From a virus, in IMG/VR virus record IMGVR_UViG_3300023202_000137, positions 1-64,000 of that record: 64,000 bases of DNA. One strand, 5' to 3'. The notes beneath the pieces were generated by a model, which was given only the letters and a program-made list of their open reading frames with translations, did no database searches and had not been told where the DNA came from. Position numbers and translations under genes: made by a program. Below, in pieces: positions 35,112 through 46,098 of this stretch. Each line of letters opens with the position of its first letter. Positions within the stretch are counted from its first letter, which is position 1.

Positions 35112-35503
35112 GGTGCCTCCAGTTTTAATTGAACCCCAACGTTATGAAAGCCGGATAGCTTACTGACGTTGATCCCAAAGTTTGTCATGTTCCTGGTGCG
35201 ACCGATAGGAAGGTCAGTCGATGCGGCCTCGATAAAATCCACGAGCCACTTGCATCGCCAGATCGCTCCGGGGATTGCAGCGACCGGGCCACGTAGGCTG
35301 AAAGTCGCTCGAAGAAACGTCATGCCCGTCAAGTTCATATCCTGATAGACGTGTACGAAGTCATTGATCGCAAGTCGTTCCATGACTCCCTCGATGTCAC
35401 TTCCAAGAACAAAGCTCGCCAGTCCAGGTTGGTTGAACCCTTCGGGCTGTACCACCCGCAGTTGCCGGTCGCCTCGGCCTCTGTCCCATGCACTGAAACT
35501 CAT
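35108..35503 (-). CDS. Hypothetical virion protein
   Basis: In the structural operon. Confidence 0.6.
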   Translation of the reverse strand: MSFSAWDRGRGDRQLRVVQPEGFNQPGLASFVLGSDIEGVMERLAINDFVHVYQDMNLTGMTFLRATFSLRGPVAAIPGAIWRCKWLVDFIEAASTDLPIGRTRNMTNFGINVSKLSGFHNVGVQLKLEAP

Positions 35504-36222
35504 TAGATCTGTTTGAGGGCCTCGATGTGATCAAAGAATGCTCGACGGGAAGCATCGGAGAACTGCCCGCCAAACCCCATGCGGCCGTTCACGAAAGGCT
35601 GGGACCCGCTGTTGATCCCTAGGGCATCGTCTACGAAATCCGTGATCCCAGGAATCGCTTCCCACACCGGAGCCGTGACAGGGTTTGCATCGAGGTCGTT
35701 TTGGAACCCCTTGAGAACTACGTCGCCGTTGCTGTTGACCACCATGTCTAGCCGAAGGTGAAACCAGTCGTCGCTCGCCAACAAGAATGAATCTGTACCC
35801 CGTCGCAGACTGTTGGCAGCAGTGGCCGAGGGGATGCCGCTCACCATCGTACCCTTGCGAAGAACAAGTCGGAACGGCTCCTCGTTTTCGAGCCCCAACA
35901 TGTAGGCATTGTCGTTGATGCTTTGACCCTGGGCACCGATGAAAAGAAACGGAGACCACCCAGTGTTACCAGGGGACGCGCCTTTTTTGATAGCGCCTCG
36001 GATCGACCCCCCGAGAAGCAGCGGGTCAAAGTCGGTCGATGCCTGCGGTGTTGCACGCAGCCCAACCCCACCCGCTGCAGCCGTGAGGCTGTTCATGCCA
36101 AAGATGAATGACCCCCCTCCATTGGGAGGGGTGACACCAGAGGTAACCCCACGGTCTACGACCCCAGCCCCGAGGATGTCGTTCATAAAACTCCAATCCA
36201 ACTCAGACACGTTTACACCCAA
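35503..36222 (-). CDS. Hypothetical virion protein (beta-sandwich-like)
   Basis: In the structural operon; W.HLRLD motif. Confidence 0.65.
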   Translation of the reverse strand: MGVNVSELDWSFMNDILGAGVVDRGVTSGVTPPNGGGSFIFGMNSLTAAAGGVGLRATPQASTDFDPLLLGGSIRGAIKKGASPGNTGWSPFLFIGAQGQSINDNAYMLGLENEEPFRLVLRKGTMVSGIPSATAANSLRRGTDSFLLASDDWFHLRLDMVVNSNGDVVLKGFQNDLDANPVTAPVWEAIPGITDFVDDALGINSGSQPFVNGRMGFGGQFSDASRRAFFDHIEALKQI

Positions 36223-36237
36223 ACCCTTTCTCGCACA

Positions 36238-37266
36238 CTAGATCGTTTCCATGACCACCGTTGGCCATCCGTCTTCATAGTTCTCGAACTGTTCCGTAGG
36301 CCCGAGGTCGTCGTCGAATTCCGCGAAGGTAAGATCTGTGCCTGGGCCAACGAACCCAAACAAATAGTTTTCGTTGCCGCCCCATTCTTCCTCGAAGTCT
36401 TCGACTTGCTCTGTTGCAGTATCAAAGTCTGCGAAGTCTAGCGAGCCCGAGGTCAGGTCTGTCTCTATGACGCCCGCACCCCCTCCAGGAGCTAGCAGCT
36501 CATCCACCAGAACCATCGAATTGCTGGGGTCCTGCAAGATGGTGAGCGTAGCGCCGCTTGGGCTGCCAGTTGCCCTGGCCGCACTTGCGGTAACCGCTGC
36601 AGCTAGCCCTGCAGCAATTGCCGTTTCGTTGTCCCCGTCGGCAACGAACGATGCCGTAATCGGCGACACCACCGAGTTTTCGTCGATGACTCCGAAGGTG
36701 ATTCGCCACTCTCCATCTGCAGCAATGTCGATGCGGACACGTACTGGTGTGAAGGACACGAGAAACGGATCGTTGTCCCACTCTTCCTCGAAGTCCTCGA
36801 AGGCTTCCGGGATAGCAGAGTCAAAGACAGCCGCCGCCGTACTGACCAGCTCGTCGCTGAAGTTCTGATTGTCTAACCAGCCTTCCTCGAAGTCTTCAAA
36901 GGATTCCAGCACTCCAATGCTTTGGTCGAACTGTGCATTCGAAAGGTCTGCAAGCTCAAAGGCTGTTTTGAAGTCGTCGTTGCCCCATCCAAGCTCGAAC
37001 CCGTCGAACGCGACAGTTGGCGGGGAACTCTGGTTGAATGCTGCGTACTCTTCTTTGCTGGCTTTGGTCAGAACGTTCCAGAAAATTGCATCGCCAGGGT
37101 TTGGTCCGCCAACCTCAAAATCAAGGTTTGCTACGTTGCAGTCAATTAGCGTCCCTGTGAGAGCAGACACGGCATCGAGAGAAGCAGCGAGCCCAACAAG
37201 GACCCCCATGTTCCCGCCCATTGCTGATTGCCCAGCGAGGGTCCCCTCCATTTCGATGATGGCCAT
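36238..37266 (-). CDS. Acidic virion protein with FExxW repeats
   Basis: Five FD...E.FE..W repeats. Confidence 0.65.
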   Translation of the reverse strand: MAIIEMEGTLAGQSAMGGNMGVLVGLAASLDAVSALTGTLIDCNVANLDFEVGGPNPGDAIFWNVLTKASKEEYAAFNQSSPPTVAFDGFELGWGNDDFKTAFELADLSNAQFDQSIGVLESFEDFEEGWLDNQNFSDELVSTAAAVFDSAIPEAFEDFEEEWDNDPFLVSFTPVRVRIDIAADGEWRITFGVIDENSVVSPITASFVADGDNETAIAAGLAAAVTASAARATGSPSGATLTILQDPSNSMVLVDELLAPGGGAGVIETDLTSGSLDFADFDTATEQVEDFEEEWGGNENYLFGFVGPGTDLTFAEFDDDLGPTEQFENYEDGWPTVVMETI

Positions 37267-38798
37267 TAGAGATCTAGTCCGGTGTCTCCGTTGATGATTG
37301 TGACGTTACCAATGATCGGGAACTCGTCGTTCTCAAGCGGTACGTCTCGATCACTCAGGTTCAGCAAAAAGTCCTCGAAGGAATCACCGATCTTTCGTAC
37401 CCCGCTCGTGTCGCGCACGGCGTTGTAAACATCGGAGAAAGCAACCTCGCCCGCAGGATTTCCGCTCGCATCTTTGAAGTTGAATCCAAAGTCTACGTTG
37501 GGGTTTGGGATTTCATCACCGCTTGCATCGGTTGTGACCAAGTCGAAGAATGCTTGAAGGCTCGCAAGTATCGCAGCTCGCACCGTGGCAGAGTTTGCCC
37601 CTTGCTGCAGAAACACGGTGGCCGAAATGTCGATAGCCAAAAATGAGGGGTCTACCACGAACAGCTTGAATGTCACCGTGTTTGGAAATGTCTCGGTCAC
37701 CTGTACCAGCACTGCGTCCTTTAGGGCGGTTGATGGAACGCCCCCCCCGGTGGGAATGATGGTGAGCTGCCCTTGGTTCTCTGGGATCCCTGGGTCCTGG
37801 TCGGAGGTCAGCATCAAAGCACGAGCTACGCCGGGAACTTTGAGTGCGTTGATCTCGTAGTCTTCCCTTGCAACCGTTCGATTCAGAACACGGAGAGATA
37901 GCGGTGCCTGCAAGCGCGCAGTTGCAACACTCATCCGAGGCCCACCACCGCTGGCTTTCAGAAGGTTCTCTACCCCAACACGAACAGGATTCCCGAAGCT
38001 ATCCTGAAAGGTGCCTTCCACTACCTGAATGTCGCCAACCTCAACGTTTCCATCCGATCCACCGCCAATCTTAAAGTCGAACGTGATGGTTCCGGTGGGG
38101 ATCAACCCCTGTATGCCGTCTCCAAAACGAACGCGTGCGCGGTCGTTTTGATCAACAGACACCGTGAAGTGACGGTCGGTTGCTTCGCTTTCCAGAAAGT
38201 TGTCTACCTCGGTAAAGGTTCCCTGGGGAGTGCTGATGACCATCGATCCGTCGAGGTACGGAGTACGCAGAAGCAAAAACTCTTGGTCTCGAAGGCCGGT
38301 CGAAGCTCGCGTGTCCTGAACTGTCTCGCTGTTCTCAACGCTGACCCCTGTGATTTCTGCAGGGTCCGCACCTGCAGGGATGACGGCCTCTGCTAGAAGT
38401 TGGAAGCGCACCGGATCGGTGATCTCCAGAGTGCGAACGATGGTTCCAACAGGAAAGGTAACCGACCCAGGCGTTGGCCCGTCCGGCAGAAACAGGCGAG
38501 TGTCTACGCTTGCTGCGGTTTGCGTTGGAAGCTCGAAGCCTATGAGCTTTGCGAGTGCGATGATCGAACGTCGCTGGGTTGCTGTAACGATGAATGCTTC
38601 GTTTGCCTGGTTGTCCTGGTACAAGCCAAGAACGTCGCCGACGAACGCCATCAGCTCCATCAAAAGATTCCCGAAGCTCAGCACGTTGAAGTCGGTCCAG
38701 TCCGGGAAGATAGATCGAATCAACCGGATGAGTCGTTCACGAAGTGCGTCGAAATCCTTGTCGGTGTAGTCAACGCTGCGTGGGAGAATGGAAGTCAC
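37266..38798 (-). CDS. Baseplate J/gp47 family protein
   Basis: DYTDKDF, WTD, GN.L.EL.A, F..TA..R.S, RFGDG..G.IP, R.V..EDYE. Confidence 0.9.
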   Translation of the reverse strand: MTSILPRSVDYTDKDFDALRERLIRLIRSIFPDWTDFNVLSFGNLLMELMAFVGDVLGLYQDNQANEAFIVTATQRRSIIALAKLIGFELPTQTAASVDTRLFLPDGPTPGSVTFPVGTIVRTLEITDPVRFQLLAEAVIPAGADPAEITGVSVENSETVQDTRASTGLRDQEFLLLRTPYLDGSMVISTPQGTFTEVDNFLESEATDRHFTVSVDQNDRARVRFGDGIQGLIPTGTITFDFKIGGGSDGNVEVGDIQVVEGTFQDSFGNPVRVGVENLLKASGGGPRMSVATARLQAPLSLRVLNRTVAREDYEINALKVPGVARALMLTSDQDPGIPENQGQLTIIPTGGGVPSTALKDAVLVQVTETFPNTVTFKLFVVDPSFLAIDISATVFLQQGANSATVRAAILASLQAFFDLVTTDASGDEIPNPNVDFGFNFKDASGNPAGEVAFSDVYNAVRDTSGVRKIGDSFEDFLLNLSDRDVPLENDEFPIIGNVTIINGDTGLDL

Positions 38799-39226
38799 AC
38801 CAGCACCTCAACTGTGTCTGGGCCCAGCAACACTTGGTTGCCTGGCACGTTCTGATCGATGAAAGCCCAGACCACCTTGAGCACCATCTGGTTTTGCTCG
38901 TCGATTCGCTCGGGCTCTATCAGCTCGATGTCGAGCACGCGAACCCTGGTATCCTGACGTGCGAGAGCTTCCTGCGCAAAGATGCGGGCCTTCTCTCTGT
39001 TCGCCGGACTATTGTTTGCGTGACGCAACGTGTAAAGGAGCGACCCGGCTTCGGTGCGCCACGGAAGCTCCCCTTGGGCCACCGCAGATGCAGCCCGGGT
39101 TCCAAGCACCTGACCGATGGTCGCGCGAATTAGCGACGACGCTTCGGCGTGCGCAAAGTCTCCCTTGCCGTCCCGTTGGAACGGTCGTATCAGGCCCGAC
39201 CCTAGAAACGACTTGAAGCTGCTCAT
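38795..39226 (-). CDS. Baseplate wedge gp25/GPW
   Basis: I.QVLGT...GE.P.R.E.GS.L...AL.R.D.RV. Confidence 0.85.
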   Translation of the reverse strand: MSSFKSFLGSGLIRPFQRDGKGDFAHAEASSLIRATIGQVLGTRAASAVAQGELPWRTEAGSLLYTLRHANNSPANREKARIFAQEALARQDTRVRVLDIELIEPERIDEQNQMVLKVVWAFIDQNVPGNQVLLGPDTVEVLV

Positions 39227-39230
39227 GCCC

Positions 39231-39944
39231 TCACACCGGAATCGCGTTGCGTACGTTCGAGATTATATCTACCACGCTATTGAGTAGTTGCACGAGGTCT
39301 TCCAGTGACTCGGGGTCTCCAGCCCCGCTGATGTCTATGGGGCTCTGCCCGATAAGGGGCAGAATGATGTTGACCGAATCGAGCAACGCTCCGAGAGATC
39401 CAAGTGAGTTGGCAACGTTCGTTGCCGACGTGTCTACGTCTGTCTGTGCGCACTCAAGGAACTGATCGAGGTTGGGGTCGTTCAAGGCTTCTGCCTGCTC
39501 AACTAGCAAGGCAATGCGTTCGGTGTCTTCTAGAAGTTTCTCTAGAGTACCAACTGCTCCCTCCAAAAACGCAATGACGGCATCGAGTGTTCCCACGATG
39601 AAAAGCGGCGCAGAGATCTGAGGAACGAGCGCGAGCAGTTGGGAGATCTTCTCTTGAAGGTCCGGGATGCAGTCCAAGATCGGACTCGGGTTGAGCTGGG
39701 AGATTGCTTTGGGCACTGCGAGTACGCAATCAAACAGTGTTTGAATCGTGCCGATGATATCGAACAACGGTTTCATCGGAGCAAGTGCGGTACCGGCTTG
39801 TGCCATGATGTTGGCCGCAGGTACTTCAGGAAGCTCGATCTCTGCCACACTCTGCTGAATGCTTTGTAGAGTCGCCCCACCCGGGAAGGTGATGGTCAGT
39901 GCCGGTGGTGGGTCTGGGAGCTGGACGCAATCTGCGATAGCCAT
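39231..39944 (-). CDS. Hypothetical helical virion protein
   Basis: Between the spike and gp25. Confidence 0.65.
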   Translation of the reverse strand: MAIADCVQLPDPPPALTITFPGGATLQSIQQSVAEIELPEVPAANIMAQAGTALAPMKPLFDIIGTIQTLFDCVLAVPKAISQLNPSPILDCIPDLQEKISQLLALVPQISAPLFIVGTLDAVIAFLEGAVGTLEKLLEDTERIALLVEQAEALNDPNLDQFLECAQTDVDTSATNVANSLGSLGALLDSVNIILPLIGQSPIDISGAGDPESLEDLVQLLNSVVDIISNVRNAIPV

Positions 39945-39953
39945 GTGTACCTC

Positions 39954-40529
39954 TCAAATTGGTTTGTTGCTCGGCGTCACTTTGCGTCCTTTGATTTGAA
40001 CGTTTGGCGCGTCGATGTTCACGATACCAATGGACTGAATGTCCACCGATGTTGTTCCTTGAATCGTGATGCTGTTTTCCTCCGCGTTCATCTCTATCAG
40101 GTCGCCAGTCTTGCGGTTGATGATCTGCAGCACGCGCCCATCCTGCGTGTCGTCCAGAAGGATACCCCAATTCTCGCTGCTCCAGATCTGAGCATCTAGT
40201 TTTCCCGCAACCTCTGCAGGAATTTCGTCGCGACCTTGGGATGCTGCCTGATAGTATGGGTGGTCTGGGTCACCACGGTTAAACCAAATCGCAACGGCTG
40301 CTCCGAGGCGAGGTACGCCATCGAACCCAACACCCTTGGATCCACCTGCAGCCGGGCCACCAAGGGGAAATGCCCATGCACTCGACGGCTCAATGAGCCC
40401 TGGGATCTTCACCTTGACTCGACGAAGCTCCGGGTCTCGGTCAACAACTTCTCCAATATACATCCCGAAAAATCGTTGCTCTTCGTCGTCATATTGCCCG
40501 TCGTCGAATCCACTGAAGCCACCCATCAC
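39954..40529 (-). CDS. Baseplate spike gpV/gp5 OB-fold protein
   Basis: G.V.D.DP...RVKV.IP...S.WA.P...P..G..V...F..GD...P. Confidence 0.85.
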   Translation of the reverse strand: MMGGFSGFDDGQYDDEEQRFFGMYIGEVVDRDPELRRVKVKIPGLIEPSSAWAFPLGGPAAGGSKGVGFDGVPRLGAAVAIWFNRGDPDHPYYQAASQGRDEIPAEVAGKLDAQIWSSENWGILLDDTQDGRVLQIINRKTGDLIEMNAEENSITIQGTTSVDIQSIGIVNIDAPNVQIKGRKVTPSNKPI

Positions 40530-41731
40530 GTACCTCGCTTTATTGGGTTGGGATGGAATGTGGTTTCGCCGCTCATCTCATTAACACGTTCAAACAGCTC
40601 GTTTCCTTCTTTCACTTGCTTGGTGTTCTTGTCCGCATCCGTGTCGCTTCCCCCGAGTGCTACTCGCAAGGCGCTTCCGCGTCGCAGATTGATTGCCTGA
40701 TCGTAGCCGTTGCCCGTGATCGTGTGTTTGGAAACAGCCACGTAGTATTTCCCAGACAGGTAGTCCCCCATCCCCCCAACCTCGATCACGCGCTTGGCTG
40801 TCAGGGTAGGGTCTCCCACGATATTCAACTTCATCTTGATTCGCTCACGCGAGGCTTTGCGAAATCGTGCGTCAGCCTCTCGCTTTGCCTGCCGCTCATT
40901 CTTTGCCGACGAGTAGTGTCGCGTACCTGTCGCGTTCCGATCCTGGATGCTGGTTTCTCCGGTGCGTGGGTCGACTACCTCTATCTGATTACCTAGCTCC
41001 GTCCTCGACGTTTTCGAGTCTGACCCTTCCCCCTCAAACTCTTTTTTCGTTTCCGGGTCTCGACCTTTGACTCTGATGTTTGCTGGTTGGTGTGCGAGAT
41101 TGGCGTCCAACTCAAAGCTGATGATGTCCCCCCGACCAGGGTCGGTGAAATATTGAAGACGATGGGTTGGTTGCGTGTCGAACTCTTCCTCATGCCAATG
41201 CAATCCCGTGTGATCCACGTAGAAGGTGAATCCTTCCTTGTTTGCAAGTCGCTTGAGTAGCCGGGCGTCGGTCTCTGCAGCCTGCACGATGGTCTCGAAC
41301 TCTTCGTCGGTATTCTCGACGAAGAGAAAGTTCCTGTCGAACCCGTTCTCTATAGCGATCTGTCGCACCACATCTGATCGACGTACGTTGTTGAAGGTGC
41401 GAGTCTTTTGCTCGCGGTCCATAAGTACGCTTGTCGCTAGTGCCTCTACTGTGAGATCGATACCCCCTCGAACCTTTTTGACCACCACCTGTCGTGGCGG
41501 GTGCATGTTGCCAATGTACCCCCAGGCCACTTCGAGCAATTGACCACGAGCCCAGGTTTCGTCGTCAATCATTTCCAAGTCCCAGTTATCGAGCTTGATA
41601 ATGCATCGGTCAGCCATTCGTGCGTTGTCTTCGAACTCGAAGGACATAAGACGATCTTGCAGGTCCACACGCCGGTCTGAGTCATCCCCCCCGACAATAC
41701 GAATGGAAACTACAGGACCGTCACGGCTCAC
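40526..41731 (-). CDS. Baseplate hub / late control D protein
   Basis: SD+V..IA, Q..ETD..L.RLA, GDP.L.A, SG.YYV...H. Confidence 0.85.
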   Translation of the reverse strand: MSRDGPVVSIRIVGGDDSDRRVDLQDRLMSFEFEDNARMADRCIIKLDNWDLEMIDDETWARGQLLEVAWGYIGNMHPPRQVVVKKVRGGIDLTVEALATSVLMDREQKTRTFNNVRRSDVVRQIAIENGFDRNFLFVENTDEEFETIVQAAETDARLLKRLANKEGFTFYVDHTGLHWHEEEFDTQPTHRLQYFTDPGRGDIISFELDANLAHQPANIRVKGRDPETKKEFEGEGSDSKTSRTELGNQIEVVDPRTGETSIQDRNATGTRHYSSAKNERQAKREADARFRKASRERIKMKLNIVGDPTLTAKRVIEVGGMGDYLSGKYYVAVSKHTITGNGYDQAINLRRGSALRVALGGSDTDADKNTKQVKEGNELFERVNEMSGETTFHPNPIKRGT

Positions 41732-42070
41732 CTAGAAAAGCTCTCGTCGTTTGGGGTTGAATATTTCCTCGCGCACAGTTCTCTCTGATGGGACAAAAAG
41801 AACCGTACCTTCCTCCAGCTCTAGCGTTGGATCGTGAATTGGGTTTGGCTGAAAATCAGCAATGATCCACCAAAGGCCTGATGGGCGCTCGGTCACTCCT
41901 TTGAAGTACCTGCCCGCAATCGTGAACAGACTTTCCCCCGCAGAAACCAAGTGCTGCACGTTATCGTTCAAGTCCTGAAAGCGAAACGGAACGCGCCGTG
42001 TCAGGACGCGAACGCCGTTTGCTTCGATGGCGCTTGTGAACTCGTGTCGGCTGTTGAGTCGTGGAGGCAT
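41732..42070 (-). CDS. LysM/tail X-like baseplate protein
   Basis: H.V..GESL..IA..Y...WWIIAD...DP..L..G..L.VP. Confidence 0.8.
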   Translation of the reverse strand: MPPRLNSRHEFTSAIEANGVRVLTRRVPFRFQDLNDNVQHLVSAGESLFTIAGRYFKGVTERPSGLWWIIADFQPNPIHDPTLELEEGTVLFVPSERTVREEIFNPKRRELF

Positions 42071-42642
42071 TACAGGTTTGCCCTTCTGCTCCCTTGAAAG
42101 AATACGTCCTCAGACACCATGCGAACGTCACGGATCTCTGCGAAGTTCACTGTCGCAATGTAGATCAAAGGGCTTCCGTCGGTGGCAAACTGCAAGTAGC
42201 GGATTCGTAAATCATTCAGTGTGCACACGAGTGAAATCACCTTGGGCCAAATAAACAGAACGCGTGGAGGAGCCCCGCCCGCTACAGTTCTGGCGTTCGC
42301 ACGAGGCACGGTCAGACTCTGCAGAAATCGCTTGAACAGCAGTATGTCTCTCGGGGGGGAGGGTGGGCCCGTCAGGTTTCGGTTGAGCTGCTCTTGCTGG
42401 CTCGCTTGGGCAAAGGCTGACACGTAGAATTGGACACCGGGGATTGTGTGCGGCCCAGTCCCAACGTACTGCCTGGTCGGGTGACTTTGGCCAACGATCT
42501 GCTTTTCGGCCCATCGCACATTGATGGATTCTTCCAACTCGGTCGGGTTGAAGGGGAATTCGAACTCGCGTTGGTCCACACCTTCGAGGGGATCGACCAG
42601 AGTCAGAGTGCCACGGGCTGGGAATGCGGTACCTGGGAACAT
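42070..42642 (-). CDS. Tail tube initiator (CIS tube-like)
   Basis: FNP.EL, G...P..QY, PP.VLF.W, F..DG.P..A. Confidence 0.75.
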   Translation of the reverse strand: MFPGTAFPARGTLTLVDPLEGVDQREFEFPFNPTELEESINVRWAEKQIVGQSHPTRQYVGTGPHTIPGVQFYVSAFAQASQQEQLNRNLTGPPSPPRDILLFKRFLQSLTVPRANARTVAGGAPPRVLFIWPKVISLVCTLNDLRIRYLQFATDGSPLIYIATVNFAEIRDVRMVSEDVFFQGSRRANL

Positions 42643-42644
42643 AG

Positions 42645-45083
42645 CTACACCGTAGGCACCGGAGCGTGACTACGTCCAGCAGCAGATCGCTGCCCGTTGT
42701 TGGCTGCGCGAGCAATTTCTTCCCCATCCACCTGCACGCTTACCGTCTGTGGTCGCTCGACAAATTGTTCGAGCTTTTGAAGAAGCGTACGCATCATGTC
42801 CCCAGACCCCTCCTCCTGGCGTCGTGGATCCTGCTTGGATGCCACCACCTGGGCGACCGATGGAGCACTCACCGGGCTGACTGTCGGAGCTGTGGGTGGC
42901 TTCTTTTCGCCTGGGCCAGAGGTCGGCGCGTCGCTGTTGAAGCCTAGATCGATGTCGAATCCAAAGAGGGAAGCAATGCCTTCGTTCACTCGCGCAGCGA
43001 CGCTCAGGAACTTCAGTAGTTTGCTCGTGATGGCGTTCATGGCAGAGGTCCCAAGGTCTTTGACGAGCTGCCAGGATTTGGCGAAGTTCCCAGAGATTAG
43101 GTTTGCGATGATAGCAATGGTCGATGCAATGAGATTTGCGATGGGGGAGAACACCTCACCAAGAACCTTCCAGACAAAACTCACCACGCGAACTGCTGCA
43201 GCGATCTGTTTCAATATCGGAACAATGAGCGTAACGCTGATCCCTGCTACGACTGCGAGCACTCGCCCAAGCGCTTCCCCTGCAGCCCTGAAGGCTTCAA
43301 ATGCTGTTGCGTTTTCCTTGGGGTTTCCAGGTCCAGAAAACACGAACCCGAACGCCTCCCCGACTTCGCGAAGGGCTCCGACGAAAATATCGAACAGAGG
43401 TTCAACAAACGTAAAGCCAGCCTTGAGCCCTTCGATCAGTCCGTCGAAGAATCCCTTGATTCGATTCACGAGCACGAACACGCGAATAGCGAATCCTTTG
43501 ACGCCTTGGTTTTCAGCCTTCGATAGCTCCTCTTGAACTGCACCAGAGAATCCACCCTGTGAAAACAGTTGCGCCATGGCTTGGAAAAATAGCTTCACAC
43601 GCTCAAAGATTCCGCGAACTAGATCTCCGAACCCACCAAGATTTGCGTCAAACGCTGCTTTTACGAGCTTGAAGGCGACAACGAGACCACCAACAGCAAG
43701 CGCAAACGGAGCAACCGCAGCCAACGCGCCACCCAACAAAGCAACGAACCCGCTCAAGATCACACCCAAAAGAGCCAGACCACCTTGCACTAAAAGAAGC
43801 GTACCTGCTGCGGCGAGAAAGGCACTTCCAAAGACAAAGACACCAGCGACAATCTTCTGCATGTCCGGCCCAAGAGCTTGAAACCCTTTGATGACAGCAT
43901 TGAGCGCGTTCGTTATGCCTTCGACAAAGGGGCGGAATATTTCAGCGAATGGCCGACCGAACACAATCGCCAAAGTCTGCAAAGTACCACCCAGCAAGGT
44001 TTTCTGACCTTCAAACTTATCGAGAAGTTGATCCTTGAACTCTTTGGCTGTTCCCTCTGCATTGGCCATCTTTCGTCGAAGTTCCTCGATTGCTTCGGCC
44101 CCCCGCAGTGTTACCTGCTCACCATCTCTCACTACCTGGGTTGTTGCGCGCTGGATGGCATTGAACGCGAGCATCCCTCGTGCTCCGAACGCAGTAGCTA
44201 GTCGTTGCTGCCTCTGCTTGTCGGTCATGTTCTCGGTGGCACTTGCAAAGTCTAGTGAGATATCGATCAAAGATCGCATCTGCCCTGTTTGTTCGTCGAA
44301 TACCTTCACCCCTTTTTCAGTGAGTTGTCGTTGTGCATTTTGGTCAGCACCAAGTCGTCGTACAGCTTCACGAAAGGCAGTAGCGGAACTCGACGCATCA
44401 ATGTTGGCGTTTCGCAACTGACCGACCGTGATCAATGTATCATCCAGGGTTTGGCCGAATTGAGATCCCGCCGCCGCTGCTTTCGCAAGCCCAACACTGA
44501 AGTCGCGAGTTTGGAAATTGGTAAGCTGAGTCACACGCAGCAACTTGTCCGTCACACCCCCAGCTTCCTCGGCTGCTATTCCATACGAGTTTAGGGTACC
44601 GACCACAGCTTCAGCAGCTCCAGCAACACCCAATTGCCCGAGAGATCCTGCAGCAAGATCGAGCACCGGTAACAAGGTCTCGGTCGCCTGGGCTGCATTC
44701 TGCCCAGCGGTTGCTAGTGATGTCAGTCCAGAGACAGCTTGGTCGGGAGAGAACTGCGTTTCTATGCCTGCCTGGACCGCCGCCTCTTCAAGGGATTTCA
44801 TCTCTGCCGTAGTGGCTTTGGTAACAGCCCCAACAGCAGCAACCGACTGCTCGAACTTACCTGCGGCACCTGCGAGAGCAAAGCTGGTTGCCAGACCCGC
44901 AGCTCCAACACCCGCAAGAATGAAACCAGCTTTTACCTGGCCCATCCCTTTGCCGATTCGAGCTGCTGCAGCATCAGAAGTTGCAGCAGTTTGTTGTAGG
45001 TCGCGCTGTACGCTCTTGAATGTTGCAGCACCAAGGTTCTGGGCCGTAAAGACAAAACCGAGACCCAGACTATTCAGCGCCAT
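42645..45083 (-). CDS. Tape measure protein
   Basis: FE...A.V.A, TQFS..Q....L..LA.AG, L.LAA core; TM segments. Confidence 0.9.
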   Translation of the reverse strand: MALNSLGLGFVFTAQNLGAATFKSVQRDLQQTAATSDAAAARIGKGMGQVKAGFILAGVGAAGLATSFALAGAAGKFEQSVAAVGAVTKATTAEMKSLEEAAVQAGIETQFSPDQAVSGLTSLATAGQNAAQATETLLPVLDLAAGSLGQLGVAGAAEAVVGTLNSYGIAAEEAGGVTDKLLRVTQLTNFQTRDFSVGLAKAAAAGSQFGQTLDDTLITVGQLRNANIDASSSATAFREAVRRLGADQNAQRQLTEKGVKVFDEQTGQMRSLIDISLDFASATENMTDKQRQQRLATAFGARGMLAFNAIQRATTQVVRDGEQVTLRGAEAIEELRRKMANAEGTAKEFKDQLLDKFEGQKTLLGGTLQTLAIVFGRPFAEIFRPFVEGITNALNAVIKGFQALGPDMQKIVAGVFVFGSAFLAAAGTLLLVQGGLALLGVILSGFVALLGGALAAVAPFALAVGGLVVAFKLVKAAFDANLGGFGDLVRGIFERVKLFFQAMAQLFSQGGFSGAVQEELSKAENQGVKGFAIRVFVLVNRIKGFFDGLIEGLKAGFTFVEPLFDIFVGALREVGEAFGFVFSGPGNPKENATAFEAFRAAGEALGRVLAVVAGISVTLIVPILKQIAAAVRVVSFVWKVLGEVFSPIANLIASTIAIIANLISGNFAKSWQLVKDLGTSAMNAITSKLLKFLSVAARVNEGIASLFGFDIDLGFNSDAPTSGPGEKKPPTAPTVSPVSAPSVAQVVASKQDPRRQEEGSGDMMRTLLQKLEQFVERPQTVSVQVDGEEIARAANNGQRSAAGRSHAPVPTV

Positions 45084-45089
45084 CTCAAC

Positions 45090-45335
45090 CTACTTTGTTT
45101 TGCTTGCCTCTTTGATCGCTTTGGCTTCTGCCTTCCGCTGATCAGTAATCCTTTCGGCAAGCCAGTTCCTATGAGTCACCGTTAGCTCCAGGTAGTCAGA
45201 CCGAGAAATCCCGTACCCGCTACCTCCGTGCTGACTCCAGAGTACACCAAACTCTAGCTCCTGACACTGCTCTGCATCTGGGATGATTCCGAGATATCCT
45301 CCTGCACCTGGGATCTCTTCTTGCTGCGAGAAAAA
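45090..45335 (-). CDS. -1 frameshift extension of the tail assembly chaperone (gpT-like)
   Basis: 81 open codons without an ATG, from slippery A AAT TTT TTT to TAG 45090-45092, just before the TMP start. Confidence 0.75.
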   Translation of the reverse strand, partial: FFSQQEEIPGAGGYLGIIPDAEQCQELEFGVLWSQHGGSGYGISRSDYLELTVTHRNWLAERITDQRKAEAKAIKEASKTK

Positions 45336-46042
45336 AAATTTTGGCTACCCACCGGCAACTCAGTGTCGAACTGAAAATCGCAGTGGGGACACTCAACATC
45401 AATAGTGGTCTCTATCCCACACCCTGCCCGGTCGAATTCTTCTCGAAGCTCCTGAGCCTGATCTGAGTCGAGGTTCTCGATCCAGGATCGCAATTGCTTC
45501 TTCTCTACCCCTTCCACTTCGATAATCTGCAGCAGCATCGACTCGGTTGCGAGCTGATCCCGCTTCTCTGCTCGGATTCTCGTGTGAGCCTTCTGCACGT
45601 CAGCAGTGAGTAGCTTGAAATGCACCCTTGTTCCGTTGAGGGTGGTCTCGAATCGGTTTCCATCTTTGTAGATTCGTTCCGATTCCTCGGACAGCTTCTT
45701 TAGTTCGAGCTTATCGAGAGGTACCTCCCACTCAAACTGCTGTTTGCAGAGAGGGTTTACACACTGCTGACGAAAGGCAAAGTCCTTGCCGTAGGTGGCG
45801 ATCCGCATCTGCATAACCGCGTAGAAATGATCTCCAACGAGAACGCGCGACCAATTTGGTCGACCACCGTCAGGAATGGGGTAGGGTCCAACTGCGGTGG
45901 TTTCCTCCCAGATTGAAGCCAGAACCTTGTTGAGGCCCGATCCGTTACGCGCCTGGCGCGTGTCGGAAAGGATGTTCTCTTCTTTGACTTTGAGTTTGCG
46001 GATGACCCCAGACAACCCGCTGGGGCAAGTGATTTCAGGCAT
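45254..46042 (-). CDS. Tail assembly chaperone (gpG-like, Zn-binding)
   Basis: Between tube and TMP; CxxxxC and CPHC; ends in ..NFF slippery site. Confidence 0.75.
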   Translation of the reverse strand: MPEITCPSGLSGVIRKLKVKEENILSDTRQARNGSGLNKVLASIWEETTAVGPYPIPDGGRPNWSRVLVGDHFYAVMQMRIATYGKDFAFRQQCVNPLCKQQFEWEVPLDKLELKKLSEESERIYKDGNRFETTLNGTRVHFKLLTADVQKAHTRIRAEKRDQLATESMLLQIIEVEGVEKKQLRSWIENLDSDQAQELREEFDRAGCGIETTIDVECPHCDFQFDTELPVGSQNFFSRSKKRSQVQEDISESSQMQSSVRS

Positions 46043-46098
46043 TGGAGCCTCCGTATCTTCGCGACCCTTATTGGTCGCGCTGTACCTGTTCTTCGACT

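Noticed and set aside
45220-45402. ORF-track 60-aa ORF as the frameshift product
   Set aside because: It is the +1 frame and stops early; the -1 frame is the one open to the TMP.
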